Source: Candidatus Blochmanniella floridana
GTDB taxonomy: Bacteria > Pseudomonadota > Gammaproteobacteria > Enterobacterales > Enterobacteriaceae
NCBI GenBank assembly: GCA_000043285.1
Contig: BX248583.1
Coordinates: 180,001-212,000, forward strand
DNA: 32,000 nucleotides
Direction of reading: 5' to 3'
The notes under the pieces are model-generated. The model made no database searches and was not told where the DNA came from. It worked only from the letters and a program-made list of their open reading frames with translations. Shown here in pieces: positions 20,374-28,857 of the stretch (within the stretch, counting starts at the first letter, position 1; every line of letters begins with the position of its first letter). Position numbers and translations under genes: made by a program.

Positions 20374-21321
20374 ATGTTGGATAGTATATTTATAATATAT
20401 AAAGCAATAATATATATATTTTTGAAGTTGTTTTTTTTAGTAGATTGTAATTTTGTGTGGTATGACAAATATTTTATTAATCTGAATATGGTAGAGGATC
20501 TGTCCCAAACTAAACAGTATACTCAATGGAGTAAGAAAAGAAATTGTTTTGATCATGAATATAGTAATGTAAATCGATCTTCATATCGAAATTCAATCTA
20601 TATAGTAAAACCTGGTGATACTTTGTTTTATATAGCTTGGATTACAGGAAATAATTATCTAGATTTAGCAAAAAATAATAGTATTAAGGATATAAATATA
20701 CTGAAAACTGGGCAAATTTTACGAGTACATCAAAATGTTGTTAAAATGTCTTCATTGTTTTTTTTTAAAAAAAAATATATGAAAAATTTTTTAATTTTTA
20801 ATGGTAATAGCTGTTGTTTAAAAAAGATATATCTTTTTTTAAAACAGAAATATGGATATTGTAAAGATTTTGGAAAATTTTTTTTTAATACAGATAGAGT
20901 TAAAAATTCGGTTATATATTTGAATAAATCTGAGATGACAAAGTTTAATAGTTGGTATTGGCCAGCGCTAGGTCAAGTAATTCGTACTGTTTTTGATTCA
21001 GAAGGTGGTAACAAAGGAATTGATATAGTTGGAATATTTGATCAGCCTGTATTGGCTGCTACTCACGGTCAAGTAATATATGTTGGGGATGCATTACAGG
21101 GATATGGGAATTTAATAATTATTAAACATGATAATAATTATTTGAGTGCGTATGCTCATAATAATAAAGTTTTTGTTTCTGAGAAACAGCATGTTAATGT
21201 AGGGGATCAAATTGCTACAATGGGAAATAGCGGGACGAATGAAGTGAAATTATATTTTGAAATTAGACATAAAGGTAAGTCTGTGGATCCTTTGCATTTA
21301 ATGCCTAATATAAATAAATAA
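20374..21321 (+). CDS. nlpD: NlpD-like LysM / M23-family murein hydrolase activator
   Basis: The LysM block [27 protein letters not shown] (E. coli [27 protein letters not shown]) and the C-terminal M23 block [10 protein letters not shown] ... [12 protein letters not shown] ... [22 protein letters not shown] ... [14 protein letters not shown] match E. coli NlpD. The N-terminus is hydrophobic and ends in LVDC, an atypical lipobox. The linker is degenerate and K/F-rich. Confidence 0.85.
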   Translation: [315 protein letters not shown]

Positions 21322-21466
21322 AATATTTCGATAAGTTTAGTTTAATTATGATTTTTTATAGGAATTTTTAGAGCTGAAATTTTTTCTATAGGTGAAATGT
21401 TTTGGTTGGGTGTTGATAATATCAGTAATTGAATAATTACATGTTATTCTGATGGTAATAATTTAT

Positions 21467-24142
21467 ATGTATAAAAGTATTGATGTTGTTCGTCAAGAAT
21501 TTTTAGATTTTTTTCATAAGCAAGAACATCAAGTTGTTCCTAGTAGTTCTTTGGTTCCTAAAAATGATCAAACATTATTATTTACTAATTCTGGTATGAA
21601 TCAATTTAAAGATATTTTTTTGGGATTAGTAAAACCATCATATAAACGCGTTGTTACTGCTCAAAGATGTATGAGAGCAGGTGGAAAGCATAATGATCTG
21701 AATAATGTTGGGTATACAGAGTGTCATTTAACTTTTTTTGAAATGTTAGGAAATTTTAGTTTTGGAGATTATTTTAAAGATGATGCTATTCAATTTGCTT
21801 GGGAGTTGTTAACTGATTCAAATTGGTTTGGATTATCTAAAGATAAGATTTGGGTAACAACGCATATTGAAGATGATGAGTCTTACAATATTTGGGTAAA
21901 ACAAGTAGGTATATCAACAAAACGTATTGTGAAAATTGGTAATAAAAATAGCGATCTTTATGATTCTGATAATTTTTGGCAAATGGGTAATATAGGTCCA
22001 TGCGGGCCTTGTTCAGAGATTTTTTATGATTTTGGTAGCGATTTAAAGGGTAAACCTCCAGGTTATATGCAAGGGTTAGGTAGTAGATATATTGAGATTT
22101 GGAATCTAGTATTTATGCAGTTTAATCGACAGTTAAATGATAGGTTGATAGATTTACCTATGTTATCAGTAGATACTGGTATGGGATTAGAACGTATAAC
22201 TGCAATATTACAGGGTGTACATAGCAATTATTTAATTGATGTATTTAAAAACTTAATTGTTGATATATCTAATATCATGAAAGTAAAAGAATATATTAAT
22301 AATAGGTCATTATATGTGATAGCAGATCATATTCGAGCATGTGTCTTTTTGATTAAAGATGGAGTTGTACCTTCCAATGAAGGTCAAGGTTACGTATTAC
22401 GTCGTATTATTAGAAGGTCGGTTCGTCATGGTAGGAAGTTGGGAGTAAATGATATTTTTTTATATAAGTTAGTTAATCTTGTAATTGTTCATATGAATTA
22501 TGTATCTAATATTTTGTATGATCAAAAAGATTTAATTGAACAAATTTTATTTAATGAAGAAAAGTTGTTTAACAATACTTTAAAAAAAGGATTAGAATTA
22601 CTGGAAAAATCGTTGAAAAATTTAAATCAAGATAAAATTTTGAGTGGTGAAATAGCATTTCAGTTGTATACTACTTACGGTTTTCCATTAGAATTAACTA
22701 AAGATATTTGTTGTGAGCGAAATATAAAGGTTGATCAGTTAGAATTTGATCAAATTATGTTAACAGAGAGAAGAAATTCGAAACGATTGAGTCAGTTTCA
22801 TAAAAATTTTAATAATATTATTTTGTCATCTTATGCAAAAACTAGTACATTTGTAGGTTATAAGTGTTTTTCTTGTCAATCTAAAATTATTGCATTATTA
22901 CAAGATAATGAATTAATTAATAAAATGTGTGATGTAGATCAAGAAAGTATGGTCATTTTAGACATTACTCCTTTTTATGGTGAATCAGGAGGTCAGATAG
23001 GAGATAGTGGTTATTTAAAAGGGGAGTGTGGTGTTTTTAAAGTGAAAAATACTAAAAAGTATGGGCAAATTATAGTGCATATAGGAGTTTTGATTAGCGG
23101 TATATTTTTGATAGGAGAACAAGTATTTGCTCAAGTTAATAGATTGAAAAGAAAAGATATTTCTGTAAATCATTCATCAACACATTTATTACACTCAGCA
23201 TTATTAAAAATTTTAGGATCACATGTTACGCAACAAGGATCATTAATAAATGATAAATATTTTCGTTTTGATTTTTCACATTATAATGCAATAACAATAA
23301 CTCAAATAAATGAAGTAGAGAATTTAATCAATCAGCAAATATGGGATAATTTATTGGTTACAGAAAATATTATGTTAATGGAATCTGCTCGTAATATTGG
23401 AGCTATTATGTTGTTACATAAACAATATACTGAGAAAGTGCGTGTAATACAAATTGGAGATTGTTCTATTGAATTGTGTGGAGGAACGCATGTTAGTAAC
23501 ACAAATGAAATAGGTTTATTTATAATTACAAAAGAGTTTGGAATAGGATCTGGAGTTAGGCGTATTGAAGCAGTAACTAAAAATGCAGCATTATCTGTTA
23601 TACAGAATAAAAAAAAATTAATTCAAAATATTGCGCAAATTGCTCAAAGTGATGATGTAAATTTGTTAAATGTAATTCATGAATTTAAAGCACGTTATGA
23701 AAAATTAGACAGAGAAATTAAATTATTAAATAGTAAACAAGAAATTCAAAAAGTTTTATCTTTAGTACGTGAAGTATATTATATTAAAAATGTGCGAGTT
23801 TTAGTTAATCATGTTAAAAATATGGAATCATCCAGTTTATTTAAAATGGTAAAGCTGTTAAAGCATTATTTACAATCAGGTATTGTTGTTTTAATAAATA
23901 TTAGGAAGAATAATATAGCTCATATAGTAATAAGTATTACTAAAGATTTAGTGGAATGTAATCGTATATATGCTATAGATTTAATACAGTATATTATTCG
24001 TAGTGTTAAGAATGGTAAAGGTGGAGGTAGATTTGATTTCGCTCAACTTAATATTAATAATGTAAAAAATGTATCTGAATTAGTCATACAGATACAGTCA
24101 TTATTAAATGATATAATATGTAATATTAAATCTATAAAATAA
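21467..24142 (+). CDS. alaS: alanine--tRNA ligase
   Basis: From ATG 21467 the protein reads [31 protein letters not shown] (E. coli [31 protein letters not shown]). Also present are [45 protein letters not shown], the editing/Zn motifs HSSTHLLH and CGGTH, and the C-terminal GKGGGR. The track start 21452 adds 5 residues with no E. coli counterpart. Confidence 0.95.
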   Translation: MYKSIDVVRQEFLDFFHKQEHQVVPSSSLVPKNDQTLLFTNSGMNQFKDIFLGLVKPSYKRVVTAQRCMRAGGKHNDLNNVGYTECHLTFFEMLGNFSFGDYFKDDAIQFAWELLTDSNWFGLSKDKIWVTTHIEDDESYNIWVKQVGISTKRIVKIGNKNSDLYDSDNFWQMGNIGPCGPCSEIFYDFGSDLKGKPPGYMQGLGSRYIEIWNLVFMQFNRQLNDRLIDLPMLSVDTGMGLERITAILQGVHSNYLIDVFKNLIVDISNIMKVKEYINNRSLYVIADHIRACVFLIKDGVVPSNEGQGYVLRRIIRRSVRHGRKLGVNDIFLYKLVNLVIVHMNYVSNILYDQKDLIEQILFNEEKLFNNTLKKGLELLEKSLKNLNQDKILSGEIAFQLYTTYGFPLELTKDICCERNIKVDQLEFDQIMLTERRNSKRLSQFHKNFNNIILSSYAKTSTFVGYKCFSCQSKIIALLQDNELINKMCDVDQESMVILDITPFYGESGGQIGDSGYLKGECGVFKVKNTKKYGQIIVHIGVLISGIFLIGEQVFAQVNRLKRKDISVNHSSTHLLHSALLKILGSHVTQQGSLINDKYFRFDFSHYNAITITQINEVENLINQQIWDNLLVTENIMLMESARNIGAIMLLHKQYTEKVRVIQIGDCSIELCGGTHVSNTNEIGLFIITKEFGIGSGVRRIEAVTKNAALSVIQNKKKLIQNIAQIAQSDDVNLLNVIHEFKARYEKLDREIKLLNSKQEIQKVLSLVREVYYIKNVRVLVNHVKNMESSSLFKMVKLLKHYLQSGIVVLINIRKNNIAHIVISITKDLVECNRIYAIDLIQYIIRSVKNGKGGGRFDFAQLNINNVKNVSELVIQIQSLLNDIICNIKSIK

Positions 24143-24290
24143 TTAATATATTTAAATAAGTAGAAATTGTGTTAAAAAAAGGACAGAATAAGTGTATGGT
24201 GGTGTTTGTGTGAAATTAGATTTAGATTAAATTATTATGTAATAAAAATAGTTTTATATATGAAGAGACATAGTTATTTTAAATTTTTCC

Positions 24291-24299
24291 AGGAAGGAG
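24291..24299 (+). promoter_or_regulatory. Shine-Dalgarno of csrA containing two GGA motifs (AGGAAGGAG), 6 nt before the ATG
   Basis: Read directly. In E. coli CsrA binds GGA motifs, including ones overlapping its own ribosome-binding site. Whether that applies here is inference. Confidence 0.5.
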
Positions 24300-24305
24300 T
24301 AAAGT

Positions 24306-24503
24306 ATGCTCATTTTAACTCGACGGGTTGGTGAAACTCTTATTATTGGTGATGATATCACAGTTACTGTATTGGGTGTTAAAGGAAATCAAATTCGTAT
24401 TGGTATAAATGCTCCTAAAAAAGTGTCTATACATCGAGAAGAGATTTATCAACGTATTCAGGATGAAAAAACAAAACAGGATCATATATTAGATGAAGTT
24501 TAA
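24306..24503 (+). CDS. csrA: carbon storage regulator / translational repressor CsrA
   Basis: [52 protein letters not shown] is nearly identical to E. coli CsrA. Confidence 0.97.
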   Translation: MLILTRRVGETLIIGDDITVTVLGVKGNQIRIGINAPKKVSIHREEIYQRIQDEKTKQDHILDEV

Positions 24504-24651
24504 TTTTAGTGTTAATATGATATAATTTTATATAAATGGATTGTACATCGTATAAAAATGGAGTGGTTTACGATCAGTATGTTGTGTAATAATTACGGGT
24601 GGTATTTAGTAAGTAATTAGTAGAATGAGTCAATGATTTTGATATATATTC

Positions 24652-24742
24652 AGTGAGGTGGCCGAGAGGCTAAAGGCACTCCCCTGCTAAGGGAGTATAT
24701 AGTCTAAATACTGTATCGAGGGTTCGAATCCCTCCCTCACTG
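24652..24742 (+). tRNA. serV: tRNA-Ser (anticodon GCT), long variable arm, no encoded CCA
   Basis: Hand fold: acceptor AGTGAGG/CCTCACT, D-arm GCCGAGAGGCTAAAGGC, anticodon stem CTCCC/GGGAG with loop CTGCTAA, a roughly 21-nt variable arm, T-arm GAGGG-TTCGAAT-CCCTC and discriminator G. It is near identical to E. coli tRNA-Ser(GCU) and sits in the same position after csrA. Confidence 0.93.
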
Positions 24743-24799
24743 TTGATATGATTTAAATTTTGTAATGTAATATTATATAAATATTAGTTATGATAATAT

Positions 24800-24873
24800 G
24801 CACCCGTAGCTCAGTTGGATAGAGCACTCGGCTACGAACCGAGAGGTCGGGGGTTCAAATCCTCTCGGGTGTA
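24800..24873 (+). tRNA. argV: tRNA-Arg (anticodon ACG), no encoded CCA
   Basis: GCACCCG TA GCTCAGTTGGATAGAGC A CTCGG CTACGAA CCGAG AGGTC GGGGG TTCAAAT CCTCT CGGGTGT A gives a cloverleaf with anticodon ACG. The first acceptor pair is a G1-U72 wobble. It resembles E. coli argV/Y/Z/Q, which follow serV. Confidence 0.93.
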
Positions 24874-25012
24874 TTTGTTATATAGAGATAGAATATTATT
24901 AGTTAAAAGTTAATATATATCATAACTATTACCGTTAGTGGTGTATAATAGTAAGTGAACTTATTTTTGAGTAAATCGATTGAATATAAAATTTTAGAAA
25001 TTAAATTTAGAA

Positions 25013-26386
25013 ATGTTTACCAGTTTATCAAAAAAAATGTCTCAATCTATACGTAATATTATGTATAGTAAACGTGTAACAAAATATGATGTGTCTAAGT
25101 ACTTAGATATAGTACAAAGATCTTTGTTAGAATCTGATGTAGCTTTATCTGTGGTTCAGAGTTTTGTTGAATTAGTTAAAGATAATATAATTAAAATAAA
25201 TATAGATTCGTGTTGTATTTCTGGTCCAGAGTTTATTAAGATTTTACGTCATGCATTAATAAAGGCTATGAAATGTGAAGTAAATGGTCAAGATTTGAAT
25301 TTAAATGATAGGTCGTTAACGAAATTATTAATAGTTGGAGCACAAGGATCTGGTAAAACTACTACTACTGGAAAACTTGCTAGGTTTTTAAAGGTTAGGA
25401 AAAATAAAAAGGTTTTGGTAGTTTCTACTGATGTATATAGATCAGCAGCGATCAATCAATTAAAAGTTTTTGCTAGTTCTGAAAAAATTGATTGTTTTGA
25501 AGATTATACTAGTAATATTGGGCCTGTACAAATAGTTCAAAAAGCTATAGATTATGCAAAATTGAATTTTTATAATGTTATTGTGGTAGATACTGCAGGT
25601 TGTTTAAAAACAGATTGTAATGCGTTTTTAGAGTTAGTTGATATTTACAAAGTAATTAATCCAGAGGAAGTATTATTTGTTGTAGATTCTATGATAGGAC
25701 AGGGATCAATTGATATTATTAATATGTTTGATAAAAATTTATCGTTAACTGGTATTGTTGTAACTAAATTAGATGGTAATGCATGTGGAGGAATTGCATT
25801 ATCTGCAAAGTTTCTTACTGGAAAACCAATAAAGTTTATAGGTACTGGGGAGTCAATTGATACTTTAGAGGTATTTTATCCAGATCGTATAGTGAATCGT
25901 ATTTTTGGAATGGGAGATATATTGACTTTGATGGAGGATATTGAATGTCAAAACAAGTTTAATGAAAAAAAGAAGTATGTTAATTATAATAATAATAGTG
26001 TTAATGATTTTAATTTAATTGATTTTTTAGAATATATTAAGCAAATTCAAAAATTAGGTGGTTTAAATAGTATTTTAAGTAAATTACCTTCAGTGGGTTT
26101 AGAGTTGAGTAGTGTTCAATCTAGTTTGAAGAATTATGATTTTGTTAAAATGGAATCTATAATTAATTCTATGACGATTAAGGAACGTGTTAATCCAGAT
26201 ATTATTAATGAGTCTAGGATAAAACGTATTGCAGTTGGATCAGGAGTAAATATATCTGATGTAGTTAATTTAATTGATAAATTTTATACAATACGTAATA
26301 TAATAAAAAAAATTAATAAAAATGGAATTTTTAAAATAATGAATATGTTTACAGGAAAAATGAAATTTGGTAATTTAATAAAATAG
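25013..26386 (+). CDS. ffh: signal recognition particle protein Ffh (SRP54 homologue)
   Basis: N domain ALLESDVAL, G1 GAQGSGKTTTTGKL, G2 TDVYRSAAINQL, G3 VDTAGC, G4 TKLDG, FIGTGE, DRIVNRIFGMGD and M-domain MESIINSMTIKER match E. coli Ffh. Confidence 0.93.
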   Translation: MFTSLSKKMSQSIRNIMYSKRVTKYDVSKYLDIVQRSLLESDVALSVVQSFVELVKDNIIKINIDSCCISGPEFIKILRHALIKAMKCEVNGQDLNLNDRSLTKLLIVGAQGSGKTTTTGKLARFLKVRKNKKVLVVSTDVYRSAAINQLKVFASSEKIDCFEDYTSNIGPVQIVQKAIDYAKLNFYNVIVVDTAGCLKTDCNAFLELVDIYKVINPEEVLFVVDSMIGQGSIDIINMFDKNLSLTGIVVTKLDGNACGGIALSAKFLTGKPIKFIGTGESIDTLEVFYPDRIVNRIFGMGDILTLMEDIECQNKFNEKKKYVNYNNNSVNDFNLIDFLEYIKQIQKLGGLNSILSKLPSVGLELSSVQSSLKNYDFVKMESIINSMTIKERVNPDIINESRIKRIAVGSGVNISDVVNLIDKFYTIRNIIKKINKNGIFKIMNMFTGKMKFGNLIK

Positions 26387-26393
26387 TGAGTAT

Positions 26394-26421
26394 TTTAATC
26401 TAAATAGATTAAATATTTTTT
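26394..26421 (+). terminator. weak candidate intrinsic terminator after ffh (TTTAATCTA aa TAGATTAAA followed by TATTTTTT)
   Basis: A 9-bp inverted repeat starts 8 nt after the ffh stop. The spacer is only 2 nt, so the usable stem is about 8 bp with a single G:C pair. A T6 run at 26416-26421 follows. The structure is thermodynamically weak. Confidence 0.25.
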
Positions 26422-26461
26422 ATTGTATACGGAATTATTTTAGAATAAGGTATTATATATT

Positions 26462-26710
26462 ATGGTAAGGATTAGATTGGCAAGAGGAGGTTGTAAAAAA
26501 AGTCCTTTTTATTACATAGTTGTGACTGATAGTCGTAATTCTAGAGATGGTAGGTTTATAGAGCGTATTGGATTTTTTAATCCAGTTGAATTAGATATAA
26601 AAAAAAGATTGAGGGTTAATTTGGATAGAGTTAGGTATTGGTTAAGTAATGGAGCTCAGCCATCAGATCGTGTTTTTGTATTAATAAAATGGTCAAAAAA
26701 TGTTTATTAA
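26462..26710 (+). CDS. rpsP: 30S ribosomal protein S16
   Basis: [41 protein letters not shown] matches E. coli S16. Confidence 0.95.
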   Translation: MVRIRLARGGCKKSPFYYIVVTDSRNSRDGRFIERIGFFNPVELDIKKRLRVNLDRVRYWLSNGAQPSDRVFVLIKWSKNVY

Positions 26711-26733
26711 ATTAATGTATTGGATTTAGTTTT

Positions 26734-26757
26734 TTTATTTATTTATTTATTTATTTA
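26734..26757 (+). repeat. (TTTA)6 tetranucleotide microsatellite ending on the A of the rimM ATG
   Basis: Six perfect TTTA units counted at 26734-26757. The rimM ATG is 26757-26759. Confidence 0.95.
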
Positions 26758-27314
26758 TGAAAGTAATTGTTATTAATTCAACTCCTATTAATCCTATAGT
26801 AATAGGTAGAATAAAGGGAGCATATGGGATATTAGGTTGGGTGAAAATACTTTCATTTACTGAAAAAATTGAAGATATTTTTGTTTATAATCCATGGTTT
26901 ATATTTTTTCGATCTAAATGGAAGGTAATTAAATTAGAATATTGGAGATTAATGAATAATAAGAATTATATAGTTAAATTTTTTAATGTTTCTGATAGAA
27001 ATCATGCAATGGCATTATCGCAACATAATCTTGTTGTAGAGAGTATTCAGTTTCCTAAACTTTATAATAAGGATGAGTATTATTGGAAGGATATTATTGG
27101 ATGCAAGATAATGACAATAAATGGAAAATGTTTAGGAAGAGTGATTAGTATCATAGATACTAAAGCACATGATATATTGGTAGTTAGATCTGAGGAATAT
27201 GGTTTCACTAAATATGTTGATTGTCTTATTCCTTTTATTTTAAAGAAAATCATTAAAGATGTTGATTTAATCAAAAATATTGTTGTTGTGGATTGGGAAA
27301 TATATAAATTTTAA
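26757..27314 (+). CDS. rimM: ribosome maturation factor RimM
   Basis: PIVIGRIKGAYGILGWVKILSFTE, NPWFI, EYYWKDIIGCKI, HDILVV and the C-terminal VVDWE match E. coli RimM, and the gene sits in the rpsP-rimM-trmD-rplS context. Confidence 0.9.
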   Translation: MKVIVINSTPINPIVIGRIKGAYGILGWVKILSFTEKIEDIFVYNPWFIFFRSKWKVIKLEYWRLMNNKNYIVKFFNVSDRNHAMALSQHNLVVESIQFPKLYNKDEYYWKDIIGCKIMTINGKCLGRVISIIDTKAHDILVVRSEEYGFTKYVDCLIPFILKKIIKDVDLIKNIVVVDWEIYKF

Positions 27315-27347
27315 AAATATGAATCATATTTTATACTATATATTGTT

Positions 27348-28094
27348 ATGTTGTTAGGAATAATAACTTTGTTTCCTGATATGTTTAATGCTATTACTCG
27401 TTATGGGGTAGTAGGAAGGTCGGTTCGTAAAGGGGGTCTCGTTATAAAGATATGGAATCCAAGGGATTTTACATATGATCAATATCATAAAGTAGATGAT
27501 CGTCCTTATGGTGGTGGTGTTGGAATGATAATGATGATTCAACCTTTAAAACGTGCTATTAATCAAGCTAAGAATGATTTAGGATGTGATGCGAAGGTTA
27601 TTTATTTATCACCACAAGGTAAAAGATTATGTCAAAAATATGTATATGATTTGGCATATAATAATCAAGCATTAATTTTAGTATGTGGTCGATATCAGGG
27701 CATTGATGAAAGGTTAATTAAAATGGAAATTGATGAAGAATGGTCTATAGGAGATTATGTTTTGAGCGGAGGGGAATTAGCTTCTATGGTATTGATAGAT
27801 GCTATGGCTAGGGTATTACCAGGTACTTTGAAAAATAGAAATTCTCAAAAATCAGATTCCTTTTTTGAAAATAAGTTAGATTGTCCATATTATACAAGAC
27901 CAAAGATTTATGAAGGAATGCAAGTACCTTCAGTATTATTATCTGGAAATCATCGCGATATTAATAAGTGGAGATTAAAATATGCTTTGGGTAATACTTG
28001 GATAAAAAGACCAGATTTATTAAAAAAAATACAATTAACTCAAGAGGAACAATTATTACTTACTGAATTTAAAAATGAATATTTATCTGGTTAA
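27348..28094 (+). CDS. trmD: tRNA (guanine37-N1)-methyltransferase
   Basis: [67 protein letters not shown] and LLSGNH match E. coli TrmD. Confidence 0.95.
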   Translation: MLLGIITLFPDMFNAITRYGVVGRSVRKGGLVIKIWNPRDFTYDQYHKVDDRPYGGGVGMIMMIQPLKRAINQAKNDLGCDAKVIYLSPQGKRLCQKYVYDLAYNNQALILVCGRYQGIDERLIKMEIDEEWSIGDYVLSGGELASMVLIDAMARVLPGTLKNRNSQKSDSFFENKLDCPYYTRPKIYEGMQVPSVLLSGNHRDINKWRLKYALGNTWIKRPDLLKKIQLTQEEQLLLTEFKNEYLSG

Positions 28095-28122
28095 TTGTAG
28101 ATAGGGTATAGGAATTGATTAT

Positions 28123-28476
28123 ATGAATGAAAAAATAAGAAATTTTGAATCTAATCAAATGAAAAAAGATATACCGCCTTTACATCCTGGAGATGTAGTA
28201 GAAATAAGTTTATGGATAATAGAGGGAAATAAAAAACGTTTTCAAATATTTGAAGGTATGATAATTGCGATAAAAAATCGAGGATTAAATTCTGCTTTTA
28301 CTGTGCGAAAGATTTCTAGTGGAGAAGGAGTAGAAAGAGTATTTCAAATACATTCTCCTGTAATTAAAGAGATTAACATAAAAAAAATTGGAGTAGTACG
28401 TAGAGCTAAATTATATTATTTACGTAATCTTAAAGGTAAATCTGCTCGTATTAAAACACGTCTTCATGTGAATTAA
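28123..28476 (+). CDS. rplS: 50S ribosomal protein L19
   Basis: [41 protein letters not shown] and [17 protein letters not shown] match E. coli L19. Confidence 0.95.
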   Translation: MNEKIRNFESNQMKKDIPPLHPGDVVEISLWIIEGNKKRFQIFEGMIIAIKNRGLNSAFTVRKISSGEGVERVFQIHSPVIKEINIKKIGVVRRAKLYYLRNLKGKSARIKTRLHVN

Positions 28477-28857
28477 TTATATTATTGATTGATATATTAT
28501 ATGTATAATAGTCTTTGGAATGTAGTTTAATGTATAATATAATTTATATATAAGATGATGATGTTTGTTGTTATTTAATAGTAAATAATATGTTCATATT
28601 AAAGTATATGAATAAATTTGTTTTTGAACAATCACGTGGATTAATTTATATTATGTATAGTGATATAAAAAGTTAACTATTTTGTTAAATTGTTAATAGA
28701 TTATTTAATTTATGAATAATAATTTATTTACAATTATGTATATAAACTTTACTAACATTAATATTATAAATAAATTATAGTATGACATATATTTAAACAT
28801 TTTATGTCGTAAATTACAATTATCGTAAAATTATGGTATTTTATTAAGGTTAGTAAT

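Noticed and set aside
27080-27274. 64-aa ORF on the - strand
   Set aside because: It is antisense inside rimM, so it is a shadow ORF.
27354-27542. 62-aa ORF on the - strand
   Set aside because: It is antisense inside trmD, so it is a shadow ORF.
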